A stretch of 63,950 bases of DNA, the filler included, from an uncultured Methanoregulaceae archaeon (GTDB taxonomy: Archaea; Halobacteriota; Methanomicrobia; Methanomicrobiales; Methanospirillaceae): assembly GCA_964530035.1 (NCBI GenBank). It is 3 parts of 3 records of this genome, joined end to end, with 100 filler letters (N's around TTAATTAATTAA, not from the genome) between each part and the next. Parts side by side here need not be neighbours in the genome. Positions count along the whole stretch, not along the records: positions 1 to 24,519 come from CAZGXZ010000012.1; 2 more parts are not named here. One strand, 5' to 3'. A program made the translations under genes and the position numbers. Shown here one piece after another: positions 10,442-18,962 of the stretch (position 1 is its first letter; every line of letters starts with the position of its first letter). The notes under the pieces were generated by a model. It was not told the origin of the DNA, did no database searches, and saw only the letters and a program-made list of their open reading frames with translations.

Positions 10442-11706
10442 CGGATCACCTTTGAAAAATCCGGAAAAAAACCGGGATAGGATTTTGAAACACAACCAGG
10501 GTCAAGGATTTTCATTCCTCCGGTTTTCAGGCCGAGGACTGCCGCACTCATCGCTATCCGGTGGTCATGCGCTGGGTCAACCGTCACCCCTTTGAGAGGA
10601 CCGGGGGTTATGGTTATGCTGTCTCCCTTATCCTCAAAACCCACTCCACAGGCTCTGAGGATCTCACCCATCTTGTGTACCCGGTCGCTTTCCTTGAATT
10701 TTAGATGGGCAACCCCTGATATGCGCGAAGGAGAAGAGGCGCACGCTGCAACGGCACAGAGTGTGGGAACGGTGTCGGGAGCGGAGCTCATATCGGCCTC
10801 GATCCCTTCGAGATTCCCATCAGATTCGACAATGGTCCGGTCTGGCTCTGCAATGACCGAGCACCCCATGTCATGGAGCCTGTCAAGGAAAGCCCTGTCC
10901 CCCTGGACTGAACCAGGATCAAGGTTGAAGCCTGTCACTTTACCTCCTGCCACTGCTGCCGCTGCAAACAGGTATGAAGCTGACGAGTAATCGCCTTCAA
11001 CATGATACGCTGCGGCCTTGTATCCATGCCCGGGATAAACACAGAATTCATGGTACCCCTGCCGCGAAACCGGGACTCCAAACCGTTTCATAACGTCGAG
11101 GGTGATATCAAGGTAACTGGCTGACACCGGTTCACCGGTCACCCTGACCACCGCCCCTGCATCCCAGCAGGGCGCGGTCATGAGGATGGACGAGATAAAC
11201 TGGCTGCTTGTCGTTCCCGCGATACATACCTCCCCTCCCTGCACAGGTCCTGAAACCGTGACCGGCGGACAGCCCTGCATTCCTGAATAACGAACCTTCG
11301 CACCGAGCGATTGAAGCGAGGCTGCCAGGTCCCCTACCGGACGTTGCCTCATCCTGGACCCCCCGGTCAGGGTGACCGGACAGGGGCAGAGGAGGGCAAC
11401 AGACATAAGGAGACGGAGGGATGTCCCTGATTCAACCATGTCAAGCACCGGTGGTTCCGGACAGAGGAGAGTGCCGTGGGTCCCCCGGATAATGAAACCG
11501 TCACCGTCGGATACGAACCTGGCCCCTATCGAAGACAGGGCAGACCTGGTAACATGGGTATCAGCTGATTCCAGGGGTCCGCTTATGTGGGACACCCCGT
11601 CAGCCAGTGCGCCTGCCAGAAACGCCCTGTGAGTGTAACTCTTGGACGGCGGTGCATGGAACTCCCCCCATACCTCCTTCGCCCTCCTGATAATCACCGG
11701 GTCCAT
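10438..11706 (-). CDS. aroA: 3-phosphoshikimate 1-carboxyvinyltransferase (EPSP synthase)
   Basis: PPSKSYTHR, ESGTSLR, SSQFISS, EGDYSSA, KESDR, DHRIAM, KSYPGF. Confidence 0.97.
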   Translation of the reverse strand: MDPVIIRRAKEVWGEFHAPPSKSYTHRAFLAGALADGVSHISGPLESADTHVTRSALSSIGARFVSDGDGFIIRGTHGTLLCPEPPVLDMVESGTSLRLLMSVALLCPCPVTLTGGSRMRQRPVGDLAASLQSLGAKVRYSGMQGCPPVTVSGPVQGGEVCIAGTTSSQFISSILMTAPCWDAGAVVRVTGEPVSASYLDITLDVMKRFGVPVSRQGYHEFCVYPGHGYKAAAYHVEGDYSSASYLFAAAAVAGGKVTGFNLDPGSVQGDRAFLDRLHDMGCSVIAEPDRTIVESDGNLEGIEADMSSAPDTVPTLCAVAACASSPSRISGVAHLKFKESDRVHKMGEILRACGVGFEDKGDSITITPGPLKGVTVDPAHDHRIAMSAAVLGLKTGGMKILDPGCVSKSYPGFFPDFSKVIR

Positions 11707-12489
11707 TCATATCTCCTTACGGTTGTAGCATCCGAGTTCCCGGACGCAGGCCATGGTCCTGATCTCTTCAAGGATGGCACCGACAGGCCCTACGGGTTCG
11801 AGGTCGATAAAGAAGACGTACTGGCCCATCTTCCGTTTCGACGGCCGGGACTCTATCCGGGTCAGGTTTACCCTGTTTCTCGCAAAAATACCGAGAATAT
11901 CATAGAGGAGGCCGGCCCGGTCCTCCTCAGGGTCGATAAGAAGACTGCACTTGGACGGTGCCGGTATGACCTCCGGAAAACGTTCAATGGTTACAAAACG
12001 GGTGGTGTTGTCTGCCTGGTTTTCAATGTCCTTCTGGAGCATTCGAAATCCGGAGACCTCCGAAAGGTGCACGGGGATAACCGCTGCTGAACCGTCCCTG
12101 CCGGCTGATGCCCGCGCACTTGCCGCGTTGCTCTCGGTGTACTCCACAGGCAGGCAGAGAGAGTCAAGGTATACGCTGCACTGTTCATAGGCCTGGGGGT
12201 GTGCGTACAGGAGGTGCACAGGCTCCGGTCCGGGTGTCGCAAGGACATACCGGACAGGGTAATAGTATTCACCCGTGATAAAGACCCTGTTCCTGAAAAA
12301 ACCGTCTAAAGTCTGGCCGACACCACCGGCCTCGCTGTTTTCAAGCGGTACCAGGCCTGTACCCTTGCCCTCCATGACACTTGAAAAGACACGACCTATG
12401 GTCGGGACGAGTTCAATAGATCCACCAAAGATGCGTGTTGCCAGCTCGTGGCTGAAGGTCCCTGACGGGCCCAGAGTATAACAGGTCAC
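11707..12489 (-). CDS. pheA: Prephenate dehydratase with ACT domain
   Basis: LGPSGTFS, VPLENS, HPQAYEQC, NTTRF, NLTRIESRP. GTG start overlaps the tyrA stop (alternative start 12504). Confidence 0.94.
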   Translation of the reverse strand: MTCYTLGPSGTFSHELATRIFGGSIELVPTIGRVFSSVMEGKGTGLVPLENSEAGGVGQTLDGFFRNRVFITGEYYYPVRYVLATPGPEPVHLLYAHPQAYEQCSVYLDSLCLPVEYTESNAASARASAGRDGSAAVIPVHLSEVSGFRMLQKDIENQADNTTRFVTIERFPEVIPAPSKCSLLIDPEEDRAGLLYDILGIFARNRVNLTRIESRPSKRKMGQYVFFIDLEPVGPVGAILEEIRTMACVRELGCYNRKEI

Positions 12490-13310
12490 TGTTCCACCAT
12501 CCACCGGATAATATTGTCCGTGAGGGTGCGCCCCTCCTCGCAGTATCCTCCAAAAAAAGCCGTATCTGATCTGAACAAGGCCTCGAAACCCACGCGGTCC
12601 TTCTCATGGACGCATGCTGCAAGACGGGACCATGCATCCTGTCCGGCCATGATGACGTCCCACACATACCGGTTCTCCATCATGATGTCCGCATACAATG
12701 ACGGGTCCTGGCTGAGGAGCCTCCCGACGATACCCATTTCCAGCCGGTAGACGGGGCTGGTAAAGGGAAGCGTCGAAAGCGGATTGATGCCGGCGCTACG
12801 GATTGTTTCTGCAACCATCAGTGAGACAAAATGGACAAGTCCCTGAACCACCGCCATCATGCGGTCATGTTCTTCGGGAGTCGTGGTCGTGACAGTGGCT
12901 CCTTCCTCCCGGAACAGGTCCTGGATCCATTGCACCTTGCTGGCATCGCACCGTGCGGGAGTGATGATGATGGTCTGGTCACGTAGCGAGGGAACGGAAG
13001 GCCCGAACATCGGATGCATGCCAAGGACGTGGGAGCGTGAGGCCAGCATAGCCTGTACCGGCCCCTCCTTGACCGAGGTAAAGTCCGCAAGGACCTGGTC
13101 CGCGTCCATGAGGGGCGCGACCTCGCTGATGACCTGCACCGTGTCCCTGATGGGAACGGAAACAATGACAAGGTCACAGGACCTGGCGATGTCCTTTCCG
13201 GTAACGGCAGTTGTACGGCCTGATATCATGACCTCGTGGCCGTGGCGTTCGAATACCGGGGCGAAGAAACCGCCCATCCTCCCTGTCCCGCCGATGATGC
13301 CAACCTTCAC
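12486..13310 (-). CDS. tyrA: Prephenate dehydrogenase
   Basis: GIIGGTGRMG, DFTSVK, HPMFGP, EHDRMMAVVQG. Confidence 0.94.
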   Translation of the reverse strand: MKVGIIGGTGRMGGFFAPVFERHGHEVMISGRTTAVTGKDIARSCDLVIVSVPIRDTVQVISEVAPLMDADQVLADFTSVKEGPVQAMLASRSHVLGMHPMFGPSVPSLRDQTIIITPARCDASKVQWIQDLFREEGATVTTTTPEEHDRMMAVVQGLVHFVSLMVAETIRSAGINPLSTLPFTSPVYRLEMGIVGRLLSQDPSLYADIMMENRYVWDVIMAGQDAWSRLAACVHEKDRVGFEALFRSDTAFFGGYCEEGRTLTDNIIRWMVEQ

Positions 13311-13316
13311 GACAGA

Positions 13317-14303
13317 TCACTTCTCACGGATGGTTTCTTTAACGGCCATGCCGAAATGACGTCCCCCTTCCTCAACAGAACCGAGGACCGTGTCACCCTC
13401 CCTGAGGGTTACGACTGAAACGGGAGATCCATCGGTCCCAACAAGCCTGATAGTCTCGGCGTTCTGCAGGACGAGACTCGCTTTTATGCCCTCGTACTCA
13501 GCCTCGACAAGGAGGAGGGGCCGTTTTTCCGATTTCGTCCTCCCAATGACCGCCTCCTCAGCTTCTCCCGATGACCGGACCAGCAACACCCGGTCACCGA
13601 TCCCAAGATCAGACAGGTACGCTGTCTTTCCGCCCGGGACCATCACGTAGGCATGCACCGCTCCGGCATTGACCCTGAACGGGCGTGGCGCAACGTAGGG
13701 ATTTTCAACGGTCTCTGCGTGTACCAGCAGGAATGCGGAGGAAGTATTCCCGACCAGCATCCCCTCCCCCTCCTTCATGAGAGTGCAGGTATCGATACAC
13801 ACACGGTCTCCCATCCCGAGCTGCCTGATGGAAGTGACGACAAAGGGGAAAAGATCAGCGTGTTCCATTCCGCCCCGTACCACCGCTCCCACCTGCCGGA
13901 CAATACCGGGTTCACGGGTTGAGAGCAGGATCCCTGCGACCCCTTTTTCGAGGACGGACAGGGCAACCGCCGCCTCTTCGGCATCCCTGACAACGGCTAT
14001 GATCCGGTCAGACTGTGCCACCAGGTTTTCAAGGGGGATGACAGTCCAGTCGTCGGCCTCTACGGCTGAATACCCATGAACCGAGAGCCGGAGTGCCTCC
14101 TGCTCGGAGTCCTTGTCCGTGATCCGGGTGAAAAAGACCTCCTCACCTTCATGGAGGTCTCCGTCAGGAGCAACGGTCCTGACCCGCGAAAGAACCGTGG
14201 CATCTGCCGCCCGGTCGAGTACCAGGGTGTCCGCACCGCTTTCAATCGCAGTAGTGGCAAGGTCCTTGTCCCAGGGACGGATATCTACCCAGAACTCTTT
14301 CAT
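13317..14303 (-). CDS. aroB': 3-dehydroquinate synthase II (archaeal, MJ1249 type)
   Basis: WTVIPLENL, GDRVCIDTC, RPFRVNAGAVH, LQNAETIRL, GRHFG. Confidence 0.95.
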   Translation of the reverse strand: MKEFWVDIRPWDKDLATTAIESGADTLVLDRAADATVLSRVRTVAPDGDLHEGEEVFFTRITDKDSEQEALRLSVHGYSAVEADDWTVIPLENLVAQSDRIIAVVRDAEEAAVALSVLEKGVAGILLSTREPGIVRQVGAVVRGGMEHADLFPFVVTSIRQLGMGDRVCIDTCTLMKEGEGMLVGNTSSAFLLVHAETVENPYVAPRPFRVNAGAVHAYVMVPGGKTAYLSDLGIGDRVLLVRSSGEAEEAVIGRTKSEKRPLLLVEAEYEGIKASLVLQNAETIRLVGTDGSPVSVVTLREGDTVLGSVEEGGRHFGMAVKETIREK

Positions 14304-15079
14304 TTCCCGGTCACGTCCCTGGGATCGGCGTTTTCATGGACCACCCGGCAGAGACGGCTGACGAACTGGGAGGTGTCCTTCCGCTGGAATGCATTTCTTC
14401 CAAGACAGACCCCTGCCCCGCCGGCACCCACGGCATCACGGACGATCATCAGAGTATCAAGGTCACCCGCCTTTTCCCCTCCGGCAATGAACACCGGGAC
14501 GGAACATGCCCTGACAATCCGGCTGAATGCGTCCGGGTTCCCGGGGTAATTGGTCTTTATCATATCAGCCCCGAGCTCTTCGGCCACCCTGACACAATGC
14601 CCTATCGTCTCCGGGGAAGCCGGGTCGATCCCTTTCCCCCTCGGGTAAATCATGACGAGGAGGGGCATCCCCCACCGGTTGCAGTCCCTGACGACATCAC
14701 CCGCTGATTCCAGCATCCGTGATTCGTTCGGGGCTCCTAGATTGATATGGATCGATACGGCATCCGCCCCCAGGGCGACTGCTTCCTCTACGGTACAGAC
14801 CAGGACCTTGTCATTCGGGTCGGGGTTCAGCTGGGTGCTTGCCGACAGGTGGACGATTAGGCCGATGTCCCTGCCTTTCCTGCGGTGGCCTGCCTTGACC
14901 ATCCCCTTGTGCAATACAATCGCATTGGCACCGCCTTCACTGATGGCCGAAATGGTGCTGGTCATGTCAAGCAGGCCGTCGATCTGGCCGAGGGTGAACC
15001 CGTGGTCGAGTGGAACTATGACAGCCCTCCCGGTATTCCTGTTGATAATACGTTCTATCCTGATACTTTTTCCAATCAT
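14300..15079 (-). CDS. aroA': 2-amino-3,7-dideoxy-D-threo-hept-6-ulosonate synthase / DhnA-family aldolase, copy 2
   Basis: VPLDHG, LSAST, GADAVSIHIN, YPRG, ADMIKTNY (Schiff-base Lys), GRNAFQ; SD GAGGTG upstream. Confidence 0.85.
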   Translation of the reverse strand: MIGKSIRIERIINRNTGRAVIVPLDHGFTLGQIDGLLDMTSTISAISEGGANAIVLHKGMVKAGHRRKGRDIGLIVHLSASTQLNPDPNDKVLVCTVEEAVALGADAVSIHINLGAPNESRMLESAGDVVRDCNRWGMPLLVMIYPRGKGIDPASPETIGHCVRVAEELGADMIKTNYPGNPDAFSRIVRACSVPVFIAGGEKAGDLDTLMIVRDAVGAGGAGVCLGRNAFQRKDTSQFVSRLCRVVHENADPRDVTGK

Positions 15080-15089
15080 TGCAACCACC

Positions 15090-15884
15090 TCATGCCAGGG
15101 TCAGAAGGGCCTCCTCTGCAGTCCGCCCTTCGTGGATAATCATCGCCGCTGCCTTGATGAACCGTGCAGGGTCCGCATGCTGGAACGCGTTCCTGCCGAT
15201 GGAAATACCCTTTGCTCCACCTTCCATCGCCCCTTCAATCAGCTCAAGGGTCGCACGGTCGTCGGTCTTTGACCCTCCCGCAACGACTACAGGGACCGGG
15301 CAGCCCCGGGTGACCTCCCTGAAACTGTCCGGGTCGCCGGTGTAGACCGTCTTGACCACATCGGCCCCGAGTTCCGCGGCTACCCTGGCGGCAAGACTCA
15401 CGTGGCCGACGTCATGCTCGTTCTGGATCTTCTTCCCCCTGGGGTACATCATCGCAAGGAGGGGCATCCCCCACTCCATGCACTCGACACCGGTCCGGCC
15501 CAGGTCCTCGAGCATCCTGGCCTCAGAGTCAGCCCCGATATTCACATGGATGGAAACGGCATCCGCTCCCATCTTCAGGGCATTTGTCACCGAGTTGACG
15601 ATGACCTTTTCATTCGGGTCAGGTCCTATCGATGTGCTTGCCGAGAGATGGAGGATAAGTCCAACATCCCTTCCACTCTGCCGGTGACCGTACAGGGCCA
15701 GCCCGATATGCCCGATAACCGCGTTCGCTCCTCCTTCCGCGACCCTGTCAACTGCGAGCGACAGGTCGGTCAGACCCGCTATGGGTCCGCTGCTCACACC
15801 ATGGTCCATCGGGACGATGATGGTTTTTCTCGTGTTCCGGTTTATAATTCGTTCAAGACGGATGGCTTTTCCTCTCATGGACAT
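15090..15884 (-). CDS. aroA': 2-amino-3,7-dideoxy-D-threo-hept-6-ulosonate synthase / DhnA-family aldolase, copy 1
   Basis: VPMDHG, LSAST, YPRG, ADVVKTVY, GRNAFQ; first gene of the aro operon, SD GGGGTG 6 nt before the ATG. Confidence 0.88.
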   Translation of the reverse strand: MSMRGKAIRLERIINRNTRKTIIVPMDHGVSSGPIAGLTDLSLAVDRVAEGGANAVIGHIGLALYGHRQSGRDVGLILHLSASTSIGPDPNEKVIVNSVTNALKMGADAVSIHVNIGADSEARMLEDLGRTGVECMEWGMPLLAMMYPRGKKIQNEHDVGHVSLAARVAAELGADVVKTVYTGDPDSFREVTRGCPVPVVVAGGSKTDDRATLELIEGAMEGGAKGISIGRNAFQHADPARFIKAAAMIIHEGRTAEEALLTLA

Positions 15885-15892
15885 CACAACCA

Positions 15893-15943
15893 CCCCTCTC
15901 CCGTGAGATCTCCCGCCTTTCCGGCAGGGGATCAGGAGAAGGG
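15893..15943 (-). promoter_or_regulatory. Leader hairpin that pairs with the Shine-Dalgarno region of the first aro gene
   Basis: Minus strand reads CCCTTCTCC-T-GATCCCCTGCC-GGAAA-GGCGGGAGATC-TCAC-GGGAGAGGGG: inner 11-nt arms with one mismatch and one G-U pair, outer arms pair the pyrimidine tract with the SD. Confidence 0.6.
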
Positions 15944-16069
15944 AAAACGATAATACCTAAAGGTAAAGGAACAAAAATCGAAAATGACCTTCGGTCCATG
16001 TCTTAGAACCTGGTCAGAATCGCTGTTCAGACGGCAGGGCGAGTACAACTCAGTGATAAAGACATTCAC
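15932..16069 (-). CDS. Putative Phe/Tyr-rich leader peptide (uORF, 45 aa)
   Basis: GTG-start ORF (M)NVFITELYSPCRLNSDSDQVLRHGPKVIFDFCSFTFRYYRFPFS*; 6 Phe and 2 Tyr in the last 16 codons, directly upstream of the Phe/Tyr biosynthesis operon. Confidence 0.45.
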   Translation of the reverse strand: MNVFITELYSPCRLNSDSDQVLRHGPKVIFDFCSFTFRYYRFPFS

Positions 16070-16096
16070 GAGCGAAAAAACACTCACCTTGCATAA

Positions 16097-16130
16097 ATGA
16101 TGGTTATCATAGAGTCTATAAAAAAATTGT
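16097..16130 (-). promoter_or_regulatory. Putative aro operon promoter (TATA box) with a downstream palindromic operator
   Basis: TTTTTATA on the minus strand at 16124-16117, followed by ATGAT-AACC-ATCAT (16110-16097). Confidence 0.55.
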
Positions 16131-16144
16131 GGCGAAGGGTCAGG

Positions 16145-16636
16145 TCACTTCGGTACCCGCTTGATTGAGATGACATCTCCGAGGGTTGGAACCACGGATT
16201 TATGAGAAGGTTTGGCCTCCTCCAGAGGCGGGGCATCAAGAAGGGATATCCCCAGGGCTTTTTCCAGTTTTTTCCTGACATCATCTTCAGGCAGCAGTTC
16301 CCCTTTTTCTATCTTCTTGATCAGCAGCTCCCGCTCCATTATCTCAAGGGCAAGCTCCTTCTGGCTCAGGCCCATTTCCATCCTTGCCTTCCTGACCCGC
16401 TCGGAATAGTCCTCGGCAATCTCTCCCTCCATGTAGTCAAAGACATCCCGCCTTTTCCGTACGGGGGCAGTACCAGGTTTTACAACCCCGCCCTTCTGGA
16501 CCAGATCCTGGCGTTTCGGCTGCTGTACTTCCACACCGTACCGGGCACACTGAACACACACGGATAACTCGGCGCCCTCCACCCGGACGGTCTTTGCAGG
16601 CCCTTTTATCGCTGCGCCACACATTTCGCAGTGCAT
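16145..16636 (-). CDS. mbf1: Archaeal multiprotein bridging factor 1 (Zn ribbon + HTH)
   Basis: CEMCG...VCVQCARYG zinc ribbon; ARMEMGLSQKELA...KIEKGELLP HTH; terminal TLGDV; divergent from pan. Confidence 0.93.
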   Translation of the reverse strand: MHCEMCGAAIKGPAKTVRVEGAELSVCVQCARYGVEVQQPKRQDLVQKGGVVKPGTAPVRKRRDVFDYMEGEIAEDYSERVRKARMEMGLSQKELALEIMERELLIKKIEKGELLPEDDVRKKLEKALGISLLDAPPLEEAKPSHKSVVPTLGDVISIKRVPK

Positions 16637-16692
16637 ACCATTCGCAAACATCTATATAGTCATTTTTCCCTATATACCTATTTGAAGCGCAT

Positions 16693-17931
16693 ATGGCAGA
16701 AATCGCCCGCCAACCGTCGGATCCTCAGTCCCCTGAAGAGCTGTACCGGTATCTCCTCGAACGGGTAACCGCGATGGAGACACGGAACCTGGAACTTCGG
16801 GAACAGCTCCGCCAGACCGAGTCCGACAAGCGCTATGTCGAGACCCAGAAGATACGATACGAACGTGAAGTCAGGAAGCTGAAAAGCGAGATAGAAGCCC
16901 TGCGAAGTCCGCCTTTGATTATTGGTACGATCACCGATGTCGTCGATGCCAACCGGGTCATCGTCAGAAGCAGTGCAGGTCCAAGGTTTCTCGTCCGGTG
17001 CTCCCTCTCCATAGACCAGGAACTGGTAAAGCCTGGTGCACGTTGCACGATGAACCAGCAGTCCCTTGCAATTATTGAAGTGCTGCCAGGGTCCTATGAC
17101 GCCGCGGTCTATGGCATGGAGGTTGTGGATTCGCCTATGGTGACGTATGCAGACATCGGCGGACTTGAAAAGGAGATCACCGAGGTCAGAGAAGCAGTCG
17201 AACTCCCCCTGAAACAGCCGGAATTGTTTGAAAAAATCGGGATTGTCCCGCCAAAAGGCGTTCTGCTGTTCGGACCCCCGGGAACGGGCAAGACTCTTCT
17301 TGCTAAGGCGGTGGCCCATGAAACGAAGGCATGCTTCCTCCACGTGGTCGGTTCCGAGCTCGTCCAGAAATACATCGGGGAAGGGGCCCGTCTTGTCAGG
17401 GAACTGTTCGAGCTCGCCAAGAAAAAAGCTCCCACCATCATATTCATCGATGAGATCGATGCAGTCGGTGCGTCACGCACCGAGGCCACGACCTCGGGAG
17501 ACCGCGAGGTCCAGAGGACCCTCATGCAGCTGCTCGCAGCCATGGACGGTTTTGAACCGAGAGGGGATGTAAAGATCATCGGTGCGACCAACAGGATAGA
17601 CATCCTTGACCGGGCAATCCTCCGTCCCGGGAGGTTCGACAGGATCATCGAGATCCCTCTCCCGGACTTCCAGGGAAGATCGGCAATCCTTGACGTCCAT
17701 ACAAGGATGATGACCCTTGACGAGAGCGTCGACCTCCCGGAGGTGGCCCGTCTCACCGAAGGTAAGAACGGAGCGGAGCTCATGGCCATCTGCATGGAGG
17801 CGGGAATGTTTGCCATCAGGGGGGAGCATGAGCGAATCCTGATGGAAGACTTCCTGATGGCCATCCAGAAACTCTCCGTTCCGGGCGGGGGGAAGGATTA
17901 CCGCCCCTCCTGCGGAGAAATGTTTGCATAA
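16693..17931 (+). CDS. pan: Proteasome-activating nucleotidase, copy 1
   Basis: N-terminal coiled coil, [36 protein letters not shown]-terminal MFA. Confidence 0.95.
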   Translation: MAEIARQPSDPQSPEELYRYLLERVTAMETRNLELREQLRQTESDKRYVETQKIRYEREVRKLKSEIEALRSPPLIIGTITDVVDANRVIVRSSAGPRFLVRCSLSIDQELVKPGARCTMNQQSLAIIEVLPGSYDAAVYGMEVVDSPMVTYADIGGLEKEITEVREAVELPLKQPELFEKIGIVPPKGVLLFGPPGTGKTLLAKAVAHETKACFLHVVGSELVQKYIGEGARLVRELFELAKKKAPTIIFIDEIDAVGASRTEATTSGDREVQRTLMQLLAAMDGFEPRGDVKIIGATNRIDILDRAILRPGRFDRIIEIPLPDFQGRSAILDVHTRMMTLDESVDLPEVARLTEGKNGAELMAICMEAGMFAIRGEHERILMEDFLMAIQKLSVPGGGKDYRPSCGEMFA

Positions 17932-18008
17932 CATTTTTAGTGTCCTAAAACAAGGTTCCGTTGTCACAGGGTCGTGCGGTGGCCCCGACACCATAGGAAG
18001 TGTTTGAG

Positions 18009-18314
18009 ATGAGTATTGTCAAGGAATTCATGGATTTTCTGTACGAATACAAGATCATAGGACTTGCGATCGCGTTTATCATGGGTGTTGCAGCGACATC
18101 CCTCGTCCAGTCCTTCGTGGACAATATCATCATGCCCATCGTTACGGTGTTTCTCCCGGGAGGGGCCTGGAAAACCGCAACAATTCAACTCGGGCCGTTT
18201 GTATTCGGATGGGGGCCGTTCCTTGCCCAGATCATCAACTTCATTGTAATCGCGCTTGTCGTCTTCATCGTCGCGAAAAAGGTCCTGAAGGAAGACAAGG
18301 TCACAAAAAAATAA
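18009..18314 (+). CDS. mscL: Large-conductance mechanosensitive channel
   Basis: IVKEFMDFL, GLAIAFIMG, SFVDNIIMP, GPFLAQIINFIVIA. Confidence 0.9.
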   Translation: MSIVKEFMDFLYEYKIIGLAIAFIMGVAATSLVQSFVDNIIMPIVTVFLPGGAWKTATIQLGPFVFGWGPFLAQIINFIVIALVVFIVAKKVLKEDKVTKK

Positions 18315-18322
18315 GATTTCTT

Positions 18323-18802
18323 CTACTCCTCATTTTCTTTTTCTCCTGGCAGGGAACCGGGGGAGAGCAGTTCCTGTTCCTCTACCCAGACCTCCATGAT
18401 CCTGTCCCCATTCACTGATGCAGCCTCGAACTCATCCCGGCATTCCCCGGGTGAGGGAAGCGTTCTCCCCCGTATGACACCGCCGTTTATCCGGTAGAAT
18501 ATCCTCCACGGCCACGGTTCATCAGGAGAAACCGAGCGTTCATAATAGATGGACCGTGCGACGGCCAGGGAGCAGTACGTCATCTCATGGATTTCAAAGA
18601 GGGCATCACGCATGTACCGCCTGAGGTACCAGCGGAGTTCGGATGCAAGAGAGAGTCCGTTTCCAAGAGCACTCACCCGTACCGAGACACCGTATCCACA
18701 GTTCACCGGCTGGTAGAACCTGAGTACGTCACGGCTGGTCTCCGATGCCATGAGAGTCTCGTACAGCCTGATACCTGGCTTGGGTAAAAAAATGACCTCC
18801 AT
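18323..18802 (-). CDS. Conserved hypothetical protein (DUF5804-like)
   Basis: LYETLMASETSRDVLRFY...LSLASELRWYLRRYM; family assignment is from memory. Confidence 0.7.
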   Translation of the reverse strand: MEVIFLPKPGIRLYETLMASETSRDVLRFYQPVNCGYGVSVRVSALGNGLSLASELRWYLRRYMRDALFEIHEMTYCSLAVARSIYYERSVSPDEPWPWRIFYRINGGVIRGRTLPSPGECRDEFEAASVNGDRIMEVWVEEQELLSPGSLPGEKENEE

Positions 18803-18962
18803 CCTTGTGATAAGGTACCGTGGTTCAGGGCATAAACACTGGCGCTGGTGATTTCATGCCGATTTCACCATGAAGGTTGCTGCAACACCGCGTATTCCTG
18901 ATATTCACCCACCGAACGGTTACCTTCAGGGTCTACGTAGCGACCTCAAAAAAGTGGCAATT

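Noticed and set aside
15853..15999. ATG-start ORF MDRRSFSIFVPLPLG... in the aro leader
   Set aside because: Only three Phe, no SD and it overlaps aroA' out of frame; weaker than the FTFRYYRFPF frame, though not excluded.
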